Shown: in pieces, positions 25,969-40,313 of the stretch
Position numbering within the stretch: position 1 is the first letter of the stretch
How the letters are laid out: each line of letters begins with the position of its first letter
From: Octopus vulgaris
Lineage: Eukaryota
Assembly: GCA_951406725.2 (NCBI GenBank)
Contig: OX597820.1
Location: 68,448,001 to 68,512,000, forward strand
Direction: 5' to 3'
Length of the DNA stretch: 64,000 nucleotides
The notes under the pieces: generated by a model
The model's database searches: none
What the model was told of the DNA's origin: nothing
Seen by the model: only the letters and a program-made list of their open reading frames with translations
Program-made: the position numbers and the translations under genes

Positions 25969-27576
25969 TAAATATAAAAATTCCAGTAATCTCGAGATAT
26001 AAATATTATTTAATAATTTGATAGATTAAAAATATTTGCTCAATTATTCGAGATTAAAGCTACCTGTCATATCTCCAGTGCATCCTAGATGTGAACAGAT
26101 TTATAAAGCAGGAAAGACCAAGGATTTTTCTTACTGTAAGTAAACTGGAAAGGATTGAAAACCTGTCGCTAAAACCATGATTCACCTAAATTGACCCACT
26201 ATCTTGCAGTCTTCGCCAATGTAAAAGAAAAGAAAGAAAGGTAGACGTTTGAAGAAAATAAATATCTTGCTGAAAATATGCTTCCTTATAAAAGAAAAGC
26301 CTACTTCAATTCTATAATTAGTGACATTAATAAAACTTAATAGAACCTAATTCTAAAATGAATTTTCATTTTATATAAAACAAATAAATAAATAGATGAA
26401 TAAATAAACCCTTTTGAAGAAGTTTTCGTCAATACCTAATGGCGAATTTTTACTCAAAATACTTGCAGCCATAGGCACAACATATTCTATGTTCGGAAAC
26501 CTTTCGCATTTCTGACGATATATCCGCCGGATTATAGAATACCAGACACGAAAAGGAAGAGCATAATTAGGCTGACTAGGGATATAAGAAACACCTAAAG
26601 TTCAGAAAGAAGAAAATTTCTTTAATTTTGCTGGAGGAAGACGCTATATATTTTTGATGTTCTCATTGGCTTTACTTATTAACATTGCAGTAAAAATGAA
26701 TGACATGCTGTCGGCTCACTGGAAAGCGAATCAGTATTTATACAGGATATCCATGTTGTTTTCAAAGCCCTATATTTACGTAATTTAATTTTTTTGAAAA
26801 ATAATCTTTTCCTTTGACATTTCAATGTATTTTTATCATTTTGCTTTTAATTAATAACAGAATATTTTTAGATAATATTTTTTTCTCTTTTTGTTTAAAA
26901 ATCAATAAACTTACTTGAACCTAAATCCTTTACTGCTGATATTTATGTGAATTTTAATAAAATAAATACATTTAAATTCTACTTTTATATTAATTAGGAT
27001 CTTATTAAATAAAGTGGGTGCATATAAAACATTGGCATTATACTTGAATTTGAAAACTTTTAGTATTAGAATATAAAATTATTTCAATGTATTATCTGAA
27101 TTTGACCAATAACACACGCATATTATTCATAAGTAACAAAAAACTGTAAAAAATTGAAATTCTCTTTCAAACACAGAAAATTTACGGTTCCTCAACTTAC
27201 CAAAAAATGCCACGAACTAACTAAAATAACCGTGGTTAGACAACATAAAAGATGGTACGTATTAATTCGAAGATGACGGAGAAGAGAAAAACACAATCAG
27301 CTAGAAAACGAAAGTTAGCCGAAACATAGTGTCTCATACGCAGAGAAACGCATACATAAAAAAAAAGATGGGTTAACAAGGTTAGACCATCGAACTGAAG
27401 CCTATTGCACATACATAATATATGTTATCATAGTGGAATGCCGTATTATGGCATATACAACAAATATAGCTAGACAGTAGCAGAAAACGAACAAAAATTG
27501 GTAAATAATTGCACACGCAGAGTTAGATTTCATATATTTTGGGATAGTCTAGTGTCCTTTCCCCCCAAATATAAAT

Positions 27577-27633
<57 letters not shown>

Positions 27634-28883
27634 CTCTGTGTGTATAAAGAAGATGGATGGATACTTTGATCCATTGATATGTATTTCGATCAAATCGATA
27701 AACAGACAGGATAAATTGAAAGAGAAAGAATTTCTCAGGGTGAGGTAAGAAAAAAAGACAAAGTCAAAGCTATACTACATTGACAATGTTAGAGAGATTT
27801 AAAGAAATGACCAGACATATTCCAATAGAAAGAAGTCGAAAAATAAAAATTTGTAAAATGGAAGCTTTAAGAATTGTTTGAGTTTAGTATTGTTCTTTAT
27901 ACTTTAGATTTCAGTTCCACGGGGGCAGAAATGCAGATAAAACGATTAGACAAATATCTATCTTAGAATTTATTATGATGAAAGAATCTGTTACTTCTAC
28001 AATTCCATAGTCTGAAAATATCAGAGTTCAAACCGATCTCACATGTGACCTTTAAATAAGAAGCAAGACTTAACACATTTATAAGACTTCGAGTAAGTTC
28101 TGTGAGGTAAAGAATAGATTTGGCTTTTAAATAACATGTTTTGTTCAAAGGTATGAACAATAGATATAGTAATTAAATTAAAATAAATGTATTTTGTGAA
28201 GCGAAAGTGAGACATGAGAATTTTATGTAATTATATAGACATATATAACAAGTGGACATTTTACTGTGGTTCTTGTAGGAAATATTAAGTGAGAACAAGT
28301 GGTAAACTACACCAGTGGGAAAATTCAAATATAATACAGTTATGGGGAAAGGGAATTAAATTCAGACTAACACCAGTATACTAACATGAAGCGATTATCT
28401 ACCTTCATTACTGCGTGAATATTTATTGAAATAAGAATTATAACCAAGAAATATATTAAAACGTTGCAAAATGTGATGCTAACCTTCGGGAATGCTGATA
28501 AAATTATAACATTTCAAGAAATTCCTGTTTGATGCAATTTAATACATTTAGAAATACTGTATCCAGAATTAGAACGTTAGCACATTATAATTTCAAATAG
28601 AAATTGGAAGAGTTTATTAACCAAAAACTACCATACTACTGTTGGTTAGTTTTGGAAAAACTCTGATCAACCATACCAACGATAAACCGTAATTCAACCA
28701 TGACACTTCTGATGATTTTTCAATAATAGTGCATCGTTTTCGTAAATACAGAAATCTCTGATCTGAAGGAAATTTGACGGGAAACTTTAAAGTTGTGCTA
28801 CAGCAATTACACCTCCAGCTTTCAGCTTAAATAAATGTGACATCCTTGAGGAAATTCGAAAGATTTTTAACGCGAAATATATT

Positions 28884-29279
28884 TCTTTCTTTATTGTTCA
28901 CATGGGGCTGAACATGGAGAGGACAAACAAAGACAGACAAAGGGATTAAGTTGATTACATCGACTTCAGGGTGTAACTGGTACTTATTTAATCGACCCCG
29001 AAAGGATGAAAGGCAAAGTCGACTTCGGCGGAATATGAACTCAGAATGTAACGACAGACGAGATACATATTTCTTTACTACCCACAAGGGGCTAAACACA
29101 GAGAGGACAAACAACGACAGACAAACGGATTAAGTCGATCATATCGACCCCAGTGCGTAACTGGTACTTATTTTAATCGATCCCGAAAGGATGAAAGGCA
29201 AAGTCGACTTCGGCGGAATTTGAACTCAGAACGTAACTGTAGACGAAATGTCGCGTAACTATTCTGCCAGCTCGCCGCC
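28884..29279 (-). mobile_element. SINE-B head-to-tail dimer with a single flanking TSD
   Basis: Two units of ttctgagttcaaattccgccgaagtcgactttgcctttcatcctttcggggtcgat. Flanking repeat ttaacgcg(a/t)aatatatt at 28867-28883 and 29280-29296. Confidence 0.88.
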
Positions 29280-29919
29280 TTAACGCGTAATATATTAGAG
29301 TATATAAATGATGAACATTGATTTTTTTTCGTCAGAGGAGAAATCAAATTTTAGGAGAAGATAATAGCAATAAAAACAAAAAATATATTTTCTTAGACAC
29401 AGAGCAGGCATGACTGTGTAGTTAAGAAGTTCACTTCGCAACCATATTGTTCCGTGTTCGATTTCGCTTTGCAGAACGTTGAAGTAATCCCTTATACCAC
29501 ATCTAGACAATAAAGGTCGGAAATTTTGGGGAAGGGGCAAGACGATAATATCGATCCTCATTTTATAGGCACCAAAATGAACAAAGACAAATTGATCTCG
29601 GTGGGGCTAGAACACAAAGAGTAAAGAGTCGGAAGGAAGGTTACTAAGCATTTTCTCCGATGCACTTACAATTAAACAAGCTAACCTCTTTTCTTTCAAT
29701 ATTTGGGAAAATGCTTGTAATTTTATGTGCGTAGGAGGTTATACGATCACATAGACCCAACCTCTAAACTCAAACTCTATTTTATCGAACCTAAGAGGAT
29801 GAAAAACAACATTTATTTCAGCTGGAATTGAACCCTGAAAGTAAAGAGCTGGAGGAAACGTCAGTAAACACTGTGTTCGACACGCTAGCGATTGCGTCAG
29901 CTCACAAACGTCTACTGCT

Positions 29920-30310
29920 ATATCTTTTATAGTTTACTTGTTTCAGTTACTGAACTGTGGCTATGCTGGAGTACTGCCTTGAAGGTTTTAGTCAAGAAGT
30001 CGCCTCCGACATTATTCTACCTGTCACTTTTTGGGAACCTGTTACAGGGACGTATACAATCCAGTACCGGTTGTCAAGCGGTATGAGAAACACAAAGAAA
30101 TACCTACACCCATTTAGATATGTAAATATATATACATATACACAATGGGAATCCGCATAGGTTTCCTCTACCAAATCTATTCGCAGGGCTTTAGTAGAAG
30201 CGTTGGCTTTAGCAGAATACACTTCCCCAGGGTACCGCTCAGTAGGACTGAACCCAAGACCACGTGATTTAAAGGGGAACTTTGTTACCAAAGAACCATG
30301 CTTGCGCCCG
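29920..30310 (-). mobile_element. SINE-A, old degenerate copy
   Basis: tacttgtttcagttactgaactgtggctatgctggag, ccggttgtcaagcgg, ctaccaaatctattcgcagggcttt and ggactgaaccc appear in family order. Confidence 0.75.
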
Positions 30311-31165
30311 TATAATAATACGTTTATCACAATTCAGCTGTTGTACATAATGTCAGCACATAATGAAGTTGTCCTTGTAAACGCTAAAAGTCTGAACTTG
30401 TTCACCCGTGTTTGCCTTTTCCTTGTTCATTTCTTAATCATGATATTCCCATATTGTACAATAGCATATACTGTTATCTTTTGTCGGCGTTTGAAATCTC
30501 AAACTATCCGTCGTAGTCCCGTGAGATAAGAAACGAGATTAATTGTCACTTTATTTGTACAAACTGTATAAATTCATGCCGTCAACTGTCACAAACATCT
30601 AAAAACAGATTATTTATTCATTCGCTGAACTGTCATTCAATCATTGAATCGTTTTCATTCAAGCACAGTGTAAACTGTGTATGTGTGTGTGTGTTAGTGT
30701 TGATCCTTGGCATCCCGTAGGAGATGATGTTACTCATTTGATGCAATAAATGCCAATTACTGAGTGGGGCTCAATTATACTCCTGAATGGTATCGGGTTT
30801 CACTAGTTTCACACCAACAGCGCAATGTGTGTGCACAGTCAGTAAAGTGTTTGAGAGAAAGAGAAAATTTGATCTAACAGTCGCTGACTTCTGATATAAT
30901 GGACGTAATGCTTCACAACACATACACTCCCAGACATGTGAGTGTGTGTATATATATATACACACTCACACACACTTATGTGTCTGGGAGTGTATGTGTA
31001 CATGTTTGTAGACACACACACATATATTATATATATATATATGTATGTATATATATATATATGGATGTATATATATGTATATATATATACATATGTATAT
31101 ATGTATATATATATGCATATACGTATATATACATGCATATATGTATATACATATATATACATGCA

Positions 31166-31243
<78 letters not shown>

Positions 31244-31345
31244 TATATCAATATTTGATCTATCTGTCTACCTACGAACATATATATATATATATATGCT
31301 TATATATAGTAATATACGCTCTCCATCCTTGATTCTCTCTGTATG

Positions 31346-31442
<97 letters not shown>

Positions 31443-32402
31443 CAAATATGTGAGTGTGTCTCTTCACATATGCATAAATATACAGACAGACTCATACAAC
31501 CATACACGTACCTGTCATGCTGTCAAGTCATCAAAATGGGATGAGATGTTGTAACAGTAATTCATTATCAAAGAAAAGTTATTAATATGAATGAATAAAA
31601 TAATAAATTTTGTAGTACATCAAGGCTGGTTGTTAGCGTGAGCGTAATTTGATGAAAATCACATATTAAAAGAGGTTGAATACCAGTTTGCAGCTGTGAT
31701 TTCCTTTATTTTTTGTAAGGTGCCGGGACTTAAAAGTGAAACAGCTCTCAGATACAAACAGACATATGCACAAACATACACAGTCCACACAGTATTGGCA
31801 AGGAAGAGTATGCATATATTAGATGTAATAAATATGTATTTGTGTGTGTGAGTATGTGTATAGTAACTGGCATTATTCTCACACTTAGCTTTTCAGACTT
31901 CTCTCTCCACGCAAGAAATGTCGTTGCATTTGACACAGCTATGCGTTTCGTTATGTCTAACACAATCACTTACGAGCCAGTAATAAATATCTTCAAAGCA
32001 GTAAAAATTCTTTGACCTGACAATAAATTTGATGTGCTTGTAAGACTATTTAAAAAAAAAAAGTTTTTTTTGGAAATGAACATTTCAAAGCAAATCGAAG
32101 AAGTTTTCCTGCAACATTTTATATCCTAGATATACTATTCTCTTGCATGCAAAAACATTTTTTTGTAGAGTTTGTATATATTGAGGTTTGACTATTATGT
32201 TATTTATTATCCCAGCATCTATTACGTGCTGTTTGAATTCAGGGCAGAGCTATGCCGGTGAATATATAAGATAACCTGTGCAAATTCGATGAAAATATAA
32301 TAACACAGACAGATACATTCATTGCAAATTTACGTTATTTTCTCTTCGTTTAAACGTACATGCACAAGAACAATATTTTACAAAACATGTTCTTAAAATA
32401 CT

Positions 32403-32633
32403 TATTTCTGTACTACCCACAAGGGGCTAAACGCAGAGAGGACAAACAAGGACAGACAAACGGATTAAGTCGATTATATCGACCCCAGTGCGTAACTGGT
32501 ACTTATTTAATCGACCCCGAAAGGATGAAAGGCAAAGTCGACCTCGGCTGAATTTGAACTCAGAATGTGAAGACAGACGAAATACCGCTAAGCATTTCGC
32601 CCGGCGTGCTAACGATTCTGCCAGGTCGCCGCC
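32403..32633 (-). mobile_element. SINE-B monomer with TSD
   Basis: Head ggcggcgacctggcagaatcgttagc and B box gagttcaaattc. TSD ttaaaatact at 32393-32402 and 32634-32643. Confidence 0.9.
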
Positions 32634-32919
32634 TTAAAATACTATTAAACTAGTCATGCGGTGTCTGTAAGTAGGTATTCATTCTCTATATTTCACCATT
32701 AGTAATACATTATGGTTTGTGATGTGGTATTTTTCAATCTAACGTAATCTTTAATACTTTGGATTATTTTTGCTTGGGATGGAACTATCAAAGTTAATTC
32801 ATGCAATATTCTGTAGACTCGTACCTAATTATCTTTTGTAAAACGTTTGTAAAGCTTGATGTTGTGATTCATTAAAAGTTATTTGAAAAATACACATGTG
32901 GTTATACTCGGCTTTTAAT

Positions 32920-33266
32920 TGACGTTTACGACCACAGTGCATAACTGGCACTTATTTAATCGACCCCGAAAGGATGAAAGGCAAAGTCAACCTCGGCGGA
33001 ATTTGAACTCAGAACGTAGCGGCAGACGAAATACCTATTTCTTTACTACCCACAAGGCGCTAAACAAAGAGGGGACAAAACGGACAGACAAAAGAATTAA
33101 ATCGATTATATCAACCCCAGTGCTTCACTGGTGCTTATTTAATCGACCCCGAAAGGATGAAAGGCAAAGTCGACTTCGGCGGAATTTGAACTCAGAACGT
33201 AACGACAGACGAAATACCGCTAAGCATTTCGTCCGGCGCGCTAACGTTTCTGCCAGCTCGCCGCCT
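32920..33266 (-). mobile_element. SINE-B dimer (second unit 3'-truncated)
   Basis: Two copies of aatcgaccccgaaaggatgaaaggcaaagtc. The junction at about 33030 matches that of the 28884-29279 dimer. Confidence 0.88.
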
Positions 33267-33704
33267 TTTCTACTGAATTAATTATGTTGGGCAGGAGATT
33301 GAAGACTGGTTTTTCATATACGTCGATTTTTCGTTTGGCCTTTTAAAACTGGAGTATTATATCTTTTTTAGACTTGAAATTTAAATTTAGAAAATATTTA
33401 TCTATGACAAAATATTTCTACTGTAAGTTTTTGGTTGAAGGTCCCTTAAACATGTATTTATATTAAACCAAATAAATGTAGACACTCACAAATACACACA
33501 TGCACATTGCACAAAAACTCATAAACACACATCAAACATACACACACACACACACGGCGGCCGACAACTGTTCAGAAGTTTTAAAGTTAGTGCGGTTTTC
33601 TCCGGTGATTCATGTTCTTATTTGCTTAAGATAATTATATCATTCTATCATAAATACATAAGAAACTATGTATACATGTATATATATATATATGCATATA
33701 CATA

Positions 33705-33741
<37 letters not shown>

Positions 33742-33745
33742 GTAT

Positions 33746-33781
<36 letters not shown>

Positions 33782-34229
33782 GTATAAATATATATTTATA
33801 TATATATATATATTTAGGTATATATATGTATGCATATGCCAGTGTGTGTATGCATATACATGTATATATATATATAAATATATATACACAATGTTTCTAA
33901 AACCCGCACATTCGTGCTCATTCACACTTATAACTATGTTTGTTTCTGTGATGGAGAAACATTTGGAAGTTAATTTGATTAAAATAAAGGAACGTTAAGC
34001 CTTCCAACGTTGACTACCAAATCCCTATTTCTTCTTTTAGAATCAAATTGGTGAAAACCCCTATGCGAATGTCTTCTCGAATTTATGTCAACTTAATGAG
34101 TTATTTCCTTTATTCTTTCAAAGCTGCAAACAAATGTATGTATATATGTGCATATAAATGTATACATACATACATTTATATATATATATATATACATATA
34201 TAAATATATATATACGCATACATATATAT

Positions 34230-35170
34230 AGTTCTAGTATTTGTGATACCGAAGTTTGGCACAAGTCTTTCCAGAATCTTCCAGATGTATATTATGGCAT
34301 ATCTTTCCCGCCGACGCTCTAAGGAATAGAGTCTTAATCTCTTGAGTCTTTCCCTGTAGCTTATATGCTGCATAGAGGCTAACTTCTTCGTGTAGCTTCG
34401 CTGGATTGCCTCAAGTTTTGAGATTAATTTGACACTGGTTGGAGACCATAGCTGAGAGCAATAGTCAAAGTGGATCAGGACAAATGTCCTCCAAGCGACC
34501 ATCAGGATTTCTTGACTTCTTGTTCTAAAAGTTCTAAGAATCCATCCGGTCAGCCGCCTGTATTTCATTGCCAATTTAGCAACATTCACATTGAAAGATG
34601 CATCATTATTCATGTAAATGCCCAGGTCTCGCACTGAATGTGCCTATGGGATTGCAATCCCTCCAGGCCCAGTGTATTTAATAGGTATTGCATTTAGTTT
34701 TGCATGCTGATAGCGCAAGGCTTGAAACTTTTCAGCATTAAACTTCATGCTGTTCTTTTCAGCCTACTTGTATATTTCATCCTGCTCACATAGCAGCTGC
34801 ATATTCTCTTCAGGATTCTGTATTACCTCTGAGACTTTTGTATCATCTGCATAACTTGTGATCGTAGCTCTCGGTGTGGCTAAGATAATGTCTGAGAGGG
34901 CAATTAAGAAGAGTAGTGGCCCCCAAAGAGTGCCTTGCAGAACACCGCTCAATATTTGCGTGTCATTATCTACTACTACCTGACATCTATCCTTCAGAAA
35001 GTCATGAAACCATTCTCCTAATTTTCCAACTATGCCGAGATCACGCAGTTTGTGACATATCATTCTATGATAGACTTTATCAAAGGCCTTTACAAAGTGG
35101 GGATATATCACTTCCACATTTGAGTGGTTGAGCAGTTGTTTCAGCACCCTGTCATAGTGTTGTAAGCGCT
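34230..35170 (-). mobile_element. Decayed CR1-clade LINE fragment (RT and C-terminal region), related to the 50449-53225 element
   Basis: Minus-strand ORFs 34764-35321 (KAFDKV, SYADDTKVS) and 34176-34634 (RDLGIYMNNDASF, FDYCSQLWS, YSLERRRERYAIIYIWKILE) align by eye with the plus-strand copy. Both ends lie in TA/CA microsatellite. Confidence 0.9.
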
Positions 35171-35183
35171 GAGTCTTATGTAT

Positions 35184-35237
<54 letters not shown>

Positions 35238-35343
35238 ATGTATGTGGGTGGGTGTGTATGTGTGTGTGTATGTATATATAATTATGTGTATATATGTATA
35301 TATGTATATATATATATGCATATAAATATATATATATGCATAT

Positions 35344-35395
<52 letters not shown>

Positions 35396-35661
35396 ATCAT
35401 ATACATATATATATGTATGTATGTATATGTATATATGTATATATGTATATATGTATATATATGTATATATATGCAAATATATATATATATATGTATATAT
35501 GTATATATATATGTATATGTATATACAGCTACATATGTTTATATATATAGGTATATATATGTGTATATGTATATATGTGCCTATATATGTATATATATGT
35601 ATATATATATGTGTGTATATACATGGATATATATTTGTGTGTATATATATGTATATATACG

Positions 35662-35729
<68 letters not shown>

Positions 35730-37113
35730 TACACATGCACATGCACACAGGATGTAGACACGTATGATTTTAGATTTTATTTTGTCTATATATACATCTC
35801 GGTGAATGCGGCACACGTCTTGTATGTATGTATCTAAGTGAAAGCAATTATATACATGGAGGTTGTTTATTTATTGATCATCCTCTACTCTACATTACTC
35901 TTCCTTCTGCATCTTAGTGATGCTGAATTAACTTTTTATTTTTATTTTTCTTAGAATATTTCGAAGCCGAAAACAAGATTTTTTTTTTGTTTACTTCATG
36001 CTACTATTAAGCAGAGCATCTACTGGAGTGAAAGACAGGCGAGAATACATTGTTTTTATAGTAACATTTGACATGTGATCATGTTATTGTCAGTACGAAT
36101 GTCAACAATAAGATTTGACGTCGAACAGAATAATTGAAACAAGTGAGGCGTTGCCTCAAAATAGGAGAGTAAATCGACTTCTATTGCATCCAACGCGCTT
36201 CTATACTTTAGTACGTTAATTAGAACCATTAGCCATGCTTTCTCTCTTCATTCTTCTTCATCGTCAACTTCGCATCTCCTCCTCCTCCCCCTCCTCTTTC
36301 TTTTTCTTCTTCTTCTTCTTCTTCTTCTTCTTCTTCTTCTTCTTCTTCTTCTTCTTCTTCTTCTTCTTCTTCTTCTTCAACTTCAAATTTAGCCTCTAGG
36401 CTTTTAATGAAATTTTTATTTTGTTTTAACTATTGGAAATTTTAATGGCGTGAAAGGTCAAAAATGAAAGACAAATAGCTGAACAAATAAACTAGAAAAT
36501 ATCAATTCCTTTCGCCTTATTAGCTTAAAAGGATATCACCAAATGAAAGGCGTATAAGATTTAGTGAGGTGTATAAATCTTTGAAAATTGCAATCGTCAT
36601 TCATGCAAGAGATACGATCCTTGATGAAAGCAACTGAACTTCAAGCTTTGGTATGCCGCAAAATTAGTATTTTTCATATTATTACCACTAAAGTTTGGCG
36701 ATGAAACTTCAGTTAGACTTTAACATAAATCTTTTACACCTCTATTCTGTTACTTGTTCTGCTCGTTGGATTGTTGACATGTGAAAGACAATCAATGGTT
36801 TCTGTCAATCGGCTATATTTTAATAATATTTCAGTCGGCTATTATTTTATTGACTGTTGGAGGAGAACTGTAATTTACATTTTCGGTAAAAATGTTGTGA
36901 AAATAATGCAACTCGTCTCACCAAGATATATTGAAAAAACCTATTTATATCGGTAATATACTCGAGCATAAACACACAGGCACACACAAATCTAAACCAG
37001 CGCCCGAACAGGTTAGAAATACTGTTTCGAGTAACGTAACAATGTGAATGATTGTAGCTGCTTACAAAATATTCCCAGACACGTTCACAGAGTCGCGAGT
37101 TACGCTACCTACC

Positions 37114-37182
<69 letters not shown>

Positions 37183-37936
37183 CCTATGACGAGTAACTTT
37201 GAGTGCATACTTCTACCGGTATGGAAAATATCAGGAAATATGTCATATATACAATAGTTATGTATATGTTTCTTCAATTTACTTGGTGCTGATACGAAAT
37301 AATGAAATGAATACTAATTTTCAATAGACAAAAATATTTATTACCTTAAAACAAATTAAATAAAGCCAATTTCTCATGGGTATATTTGCAATAAATATAT
37401 GATATTTCTTCTAAATTTTTCAAACGTAATCGTTCTTTACGCTATCAAAACTTATTTCTGCAAAGTTTCTTTAAAAAAATATGCATTTATGCAAATATAA
37501 AACACTCGACTTGCACTTCGTATGTTAAATAGCTATGCATCTCCCTCTGGACACGATCACTCTTCTTCTCTCAATTATTTCTGTATTATATGCATTTAGG
37601 AGTTAATTGGAGTGAAGTCCATTCTTTTTCCGGTCTAAATACAATAAACAGCGGGGTGACAAAAAGAAAGGAAAGAGAGAATTATAAAGAAGGAAACAAG
37701 AAAAGTATTGATCACAAAATTAAACTTAGCCTCAGGTCTTACTAAATAAGACTAAAAGACTTGAAGACTAAGTTGACCTCGACTTGGTTTAAATTCAGTT
37801 AGTAGAAATGCAGAAAGTGTATCGTTAAGGAATCTACACATTATTCAAGCTTCTTATATTTACCTATCTTGTTATCTATCCATCTACTTACCTATGGATA
37901 TATATATATATAAATACAAAATGGGACAAGAACGCA

Positions 37937-38010
<74 letters not shown>

Positions 38011-38433
38011 ACTAAATAATTTGAAACTTCGTATACTGGTAGAGTGTCTCAAAAGAAAACACTAGTTTCAACTTGTTTATTTGAGAAAAATGTATTTTAT
38101 AACTTTAAGGGTAGATTAAATCTGCGAATTTTAACCAATCGTATTGTTTGTTTTCATTTCAAATAATTAACTGCATTATCTTAGTGTGACGTAGAAAGCT
38201 ATTTTGTGACGTAGACAGCTGTGCGTAGGTCTGTGTTTTGTGTGCGTGTGTTTGATGGGGTGTGGGAGACAGAAAGTATGTTTTGTAAGTGAAGTACTTC
38301 TGTTAGTGTGTGTGAAGAGACAGAGAGTAATGTGTGAAAGAGAGAGATAACTGAAATTTTTTACTCGGTGTATGTGTATATGTATGTATGCATGTATGTG
38401 TGTGTGTGTATGTATCTATGTATGTGTGTGTGT

Positions 38434-38682
38434 GTATGTGTGTGTATGTATGTGTGTGTGTGTATGTATGTATGGCCGATTCAGTGTTTACATTATTTCG
38501 AGTTAAAACGAAAGATTACCAAAAGAATTTTGTCTATATCTTCGATCACTGTCATTATTCCATTGAGTCAACCTCATTATTTTCTACATAGCAAAGGTAA
38601 TCTTTCGTTTTAACTCGAAATAATGTAAACACTGAATCGGCCATACATACATACACACACACACATACATACACACACATAC
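38434..38682. repeat. Perfect 87-bp inverted repeat with 75-bp spacer
   Basis: 38434-38520 is the reverse complement of 38596-38682, including the microsatellite part. Confidence 0.95.
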
Positions 38683-40231
38683 GAAAGATTGTCAAAGATA
38701 AAAAGTTACAGAAATAAAAGTTACACGAATAAAGTAAGGAATAAAAATCACAAAAAATATACGAAAATTTACAAAAACTAATTTAGTTATATAATATATA
38801 AGTTTAATATATAAGTTAGTTAATAATATATAAAAAAAATGTGAATAGAAACTGAAAGTAACCGGGTGTTTACATTTCACGTATGTTAAATACGTCAGCA
38901 TACGTCTATTGAGACGGAGTAAATAATATGAAGCCGAAAGACCGAATATCATTGGTTAAAATTCTAATTATTAAACAACGTTAAACTTTGAAATTACAAT
39001 TCCGTTTTCATTCTGGTTTACAATTATGTTTTCTTTTGACACATTCTACCAGTATACGAAGTTTCAAATTGTTTGGTTAAGTAGGAAAAATCTGAAAAAA
39101 CAGGCCTTGGAAATGAAAAGATCCAAACTAAGCTACGAGCATTAGATTTCTTGGAAAAAGGATCGAATTTATACGAAACAAGGACAGAAAAACGGACGAT
39201 GCCACACGAATATAAATACAAAAAACAATAATAGTAATAACAGGACAAAAACAGCGGGTGTCTTACGACTTTAGACAGTTCAACTTAGCCTAGCTGGCGT
39301 ATTTGGAAAAAAATGCCTTTGCGGCAGACGAAGAAAACGATGTTGTCATGGCGGTGGTCAGAAGCCGAAAGGATAGTTGACCGGCGGTCACGTGAGAGGA
39401 GGAGAAGAGAGAGAAAAAAAAGGGGGCAAAGGAATCAAAGAGAGAGAGAAAAAGAGGGACAAAAGCACCAAAGGGGGGGGGGAGAAGAGAGAGAAAGAAG
39501 GTATTAAAGAGGGGAGAAGAAAGAGAGCGTGCCAAGGATTGGCTTGGCGACAGAATCAGTGAGGTGCAAAGTGAGAAAGACAGAGAAATGTGTTAGAGTG
39601 GGGAAGAGGAGACCAAAGAATCAGAGGCAAGAAAAGAGAAAGACAGAGACTAGTGAAGTATAGAGAAAGTATGTGTAGAAGTCGTACAAATGCTTACATA
39701 CATAAGGGAACAAGATGTACGTTACGCCGCAATATTATATGTATAAAAAATATATATAAAAATACAAAATGGGACAAGAACGCAATATATATATATATAT
39801 ATATATATAAATATATATATGTACATGTAAAAAAAACACAAACTGGGACAAGAACGCAAAACATTTAGAAGACGATACAAAATATACGCACGGGACATTC
39901 GAAGCCTTCGTGGTGTGTATTCGGTTTCCTTGTTTATCTCCACTGTCATGTTTTTGTTCCCAACTTTGACCCTCCATAAATCCTAAATTTTATTTTATAA
40001 TTTATGGGACCAAGTGTCTTTGAAGACTCTCATTGCTGTTAAATGCTCGAAATGAGGAGTAAATTGACAGCCAACTGATGAAGGATCCTTTTCCGTGTTA
40101 ACTTGTCCTGTTTTCCATTTTTTCTGTTTTTACAGAATTTATCTCGCTCCTACGTTTATTGATTAAACTATGACCAGTATCAGCGCTTATCACATTTGAA
40201 GAAATAAGTTTCATTACAGAAGGGTAGAGGA

Positions 40232-40313
40232 CCGCGAAGCGAACTGATAGTGGTGTCGAAGGCCTCAAAGGTGCCTTCCGCAAGAGCTAGCCTAAGTGCC
40301 ACCTGAAGAGCGG
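40232..40313 (+). ncRNA. Hammerhead-like relic with type II topology
   Basis: CCGC-GAAG...TA-GTGGTGT...GTGCCAC-CTGAAGA-GCGG. Stems I and II sit correctly next to the core, but A15.1 is G and stem III is broken. Confidence 0.4.

Noticed and set aside
28884-33266. Recurring ~35-bp palindromic units resembling CRISPR repeats
   Set aside because: They are internal SINE-B segments with conserved rather than unique spacers, in a eukaryotic context with no cas genes.
30771-35837. Long ORFs rich in YI, HT and CV dipeptides (e.g. 30942-31544, 35178-35837, and many elsewhere)
   Set aside because: These are translations of TA/CA/TG microsatellites that lack stop codons, not proteins.
40074-40110. CTGATGA motif (also CTGACGA at 26513)
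   Set aside because: No correctly placed GAAA with closing stems.
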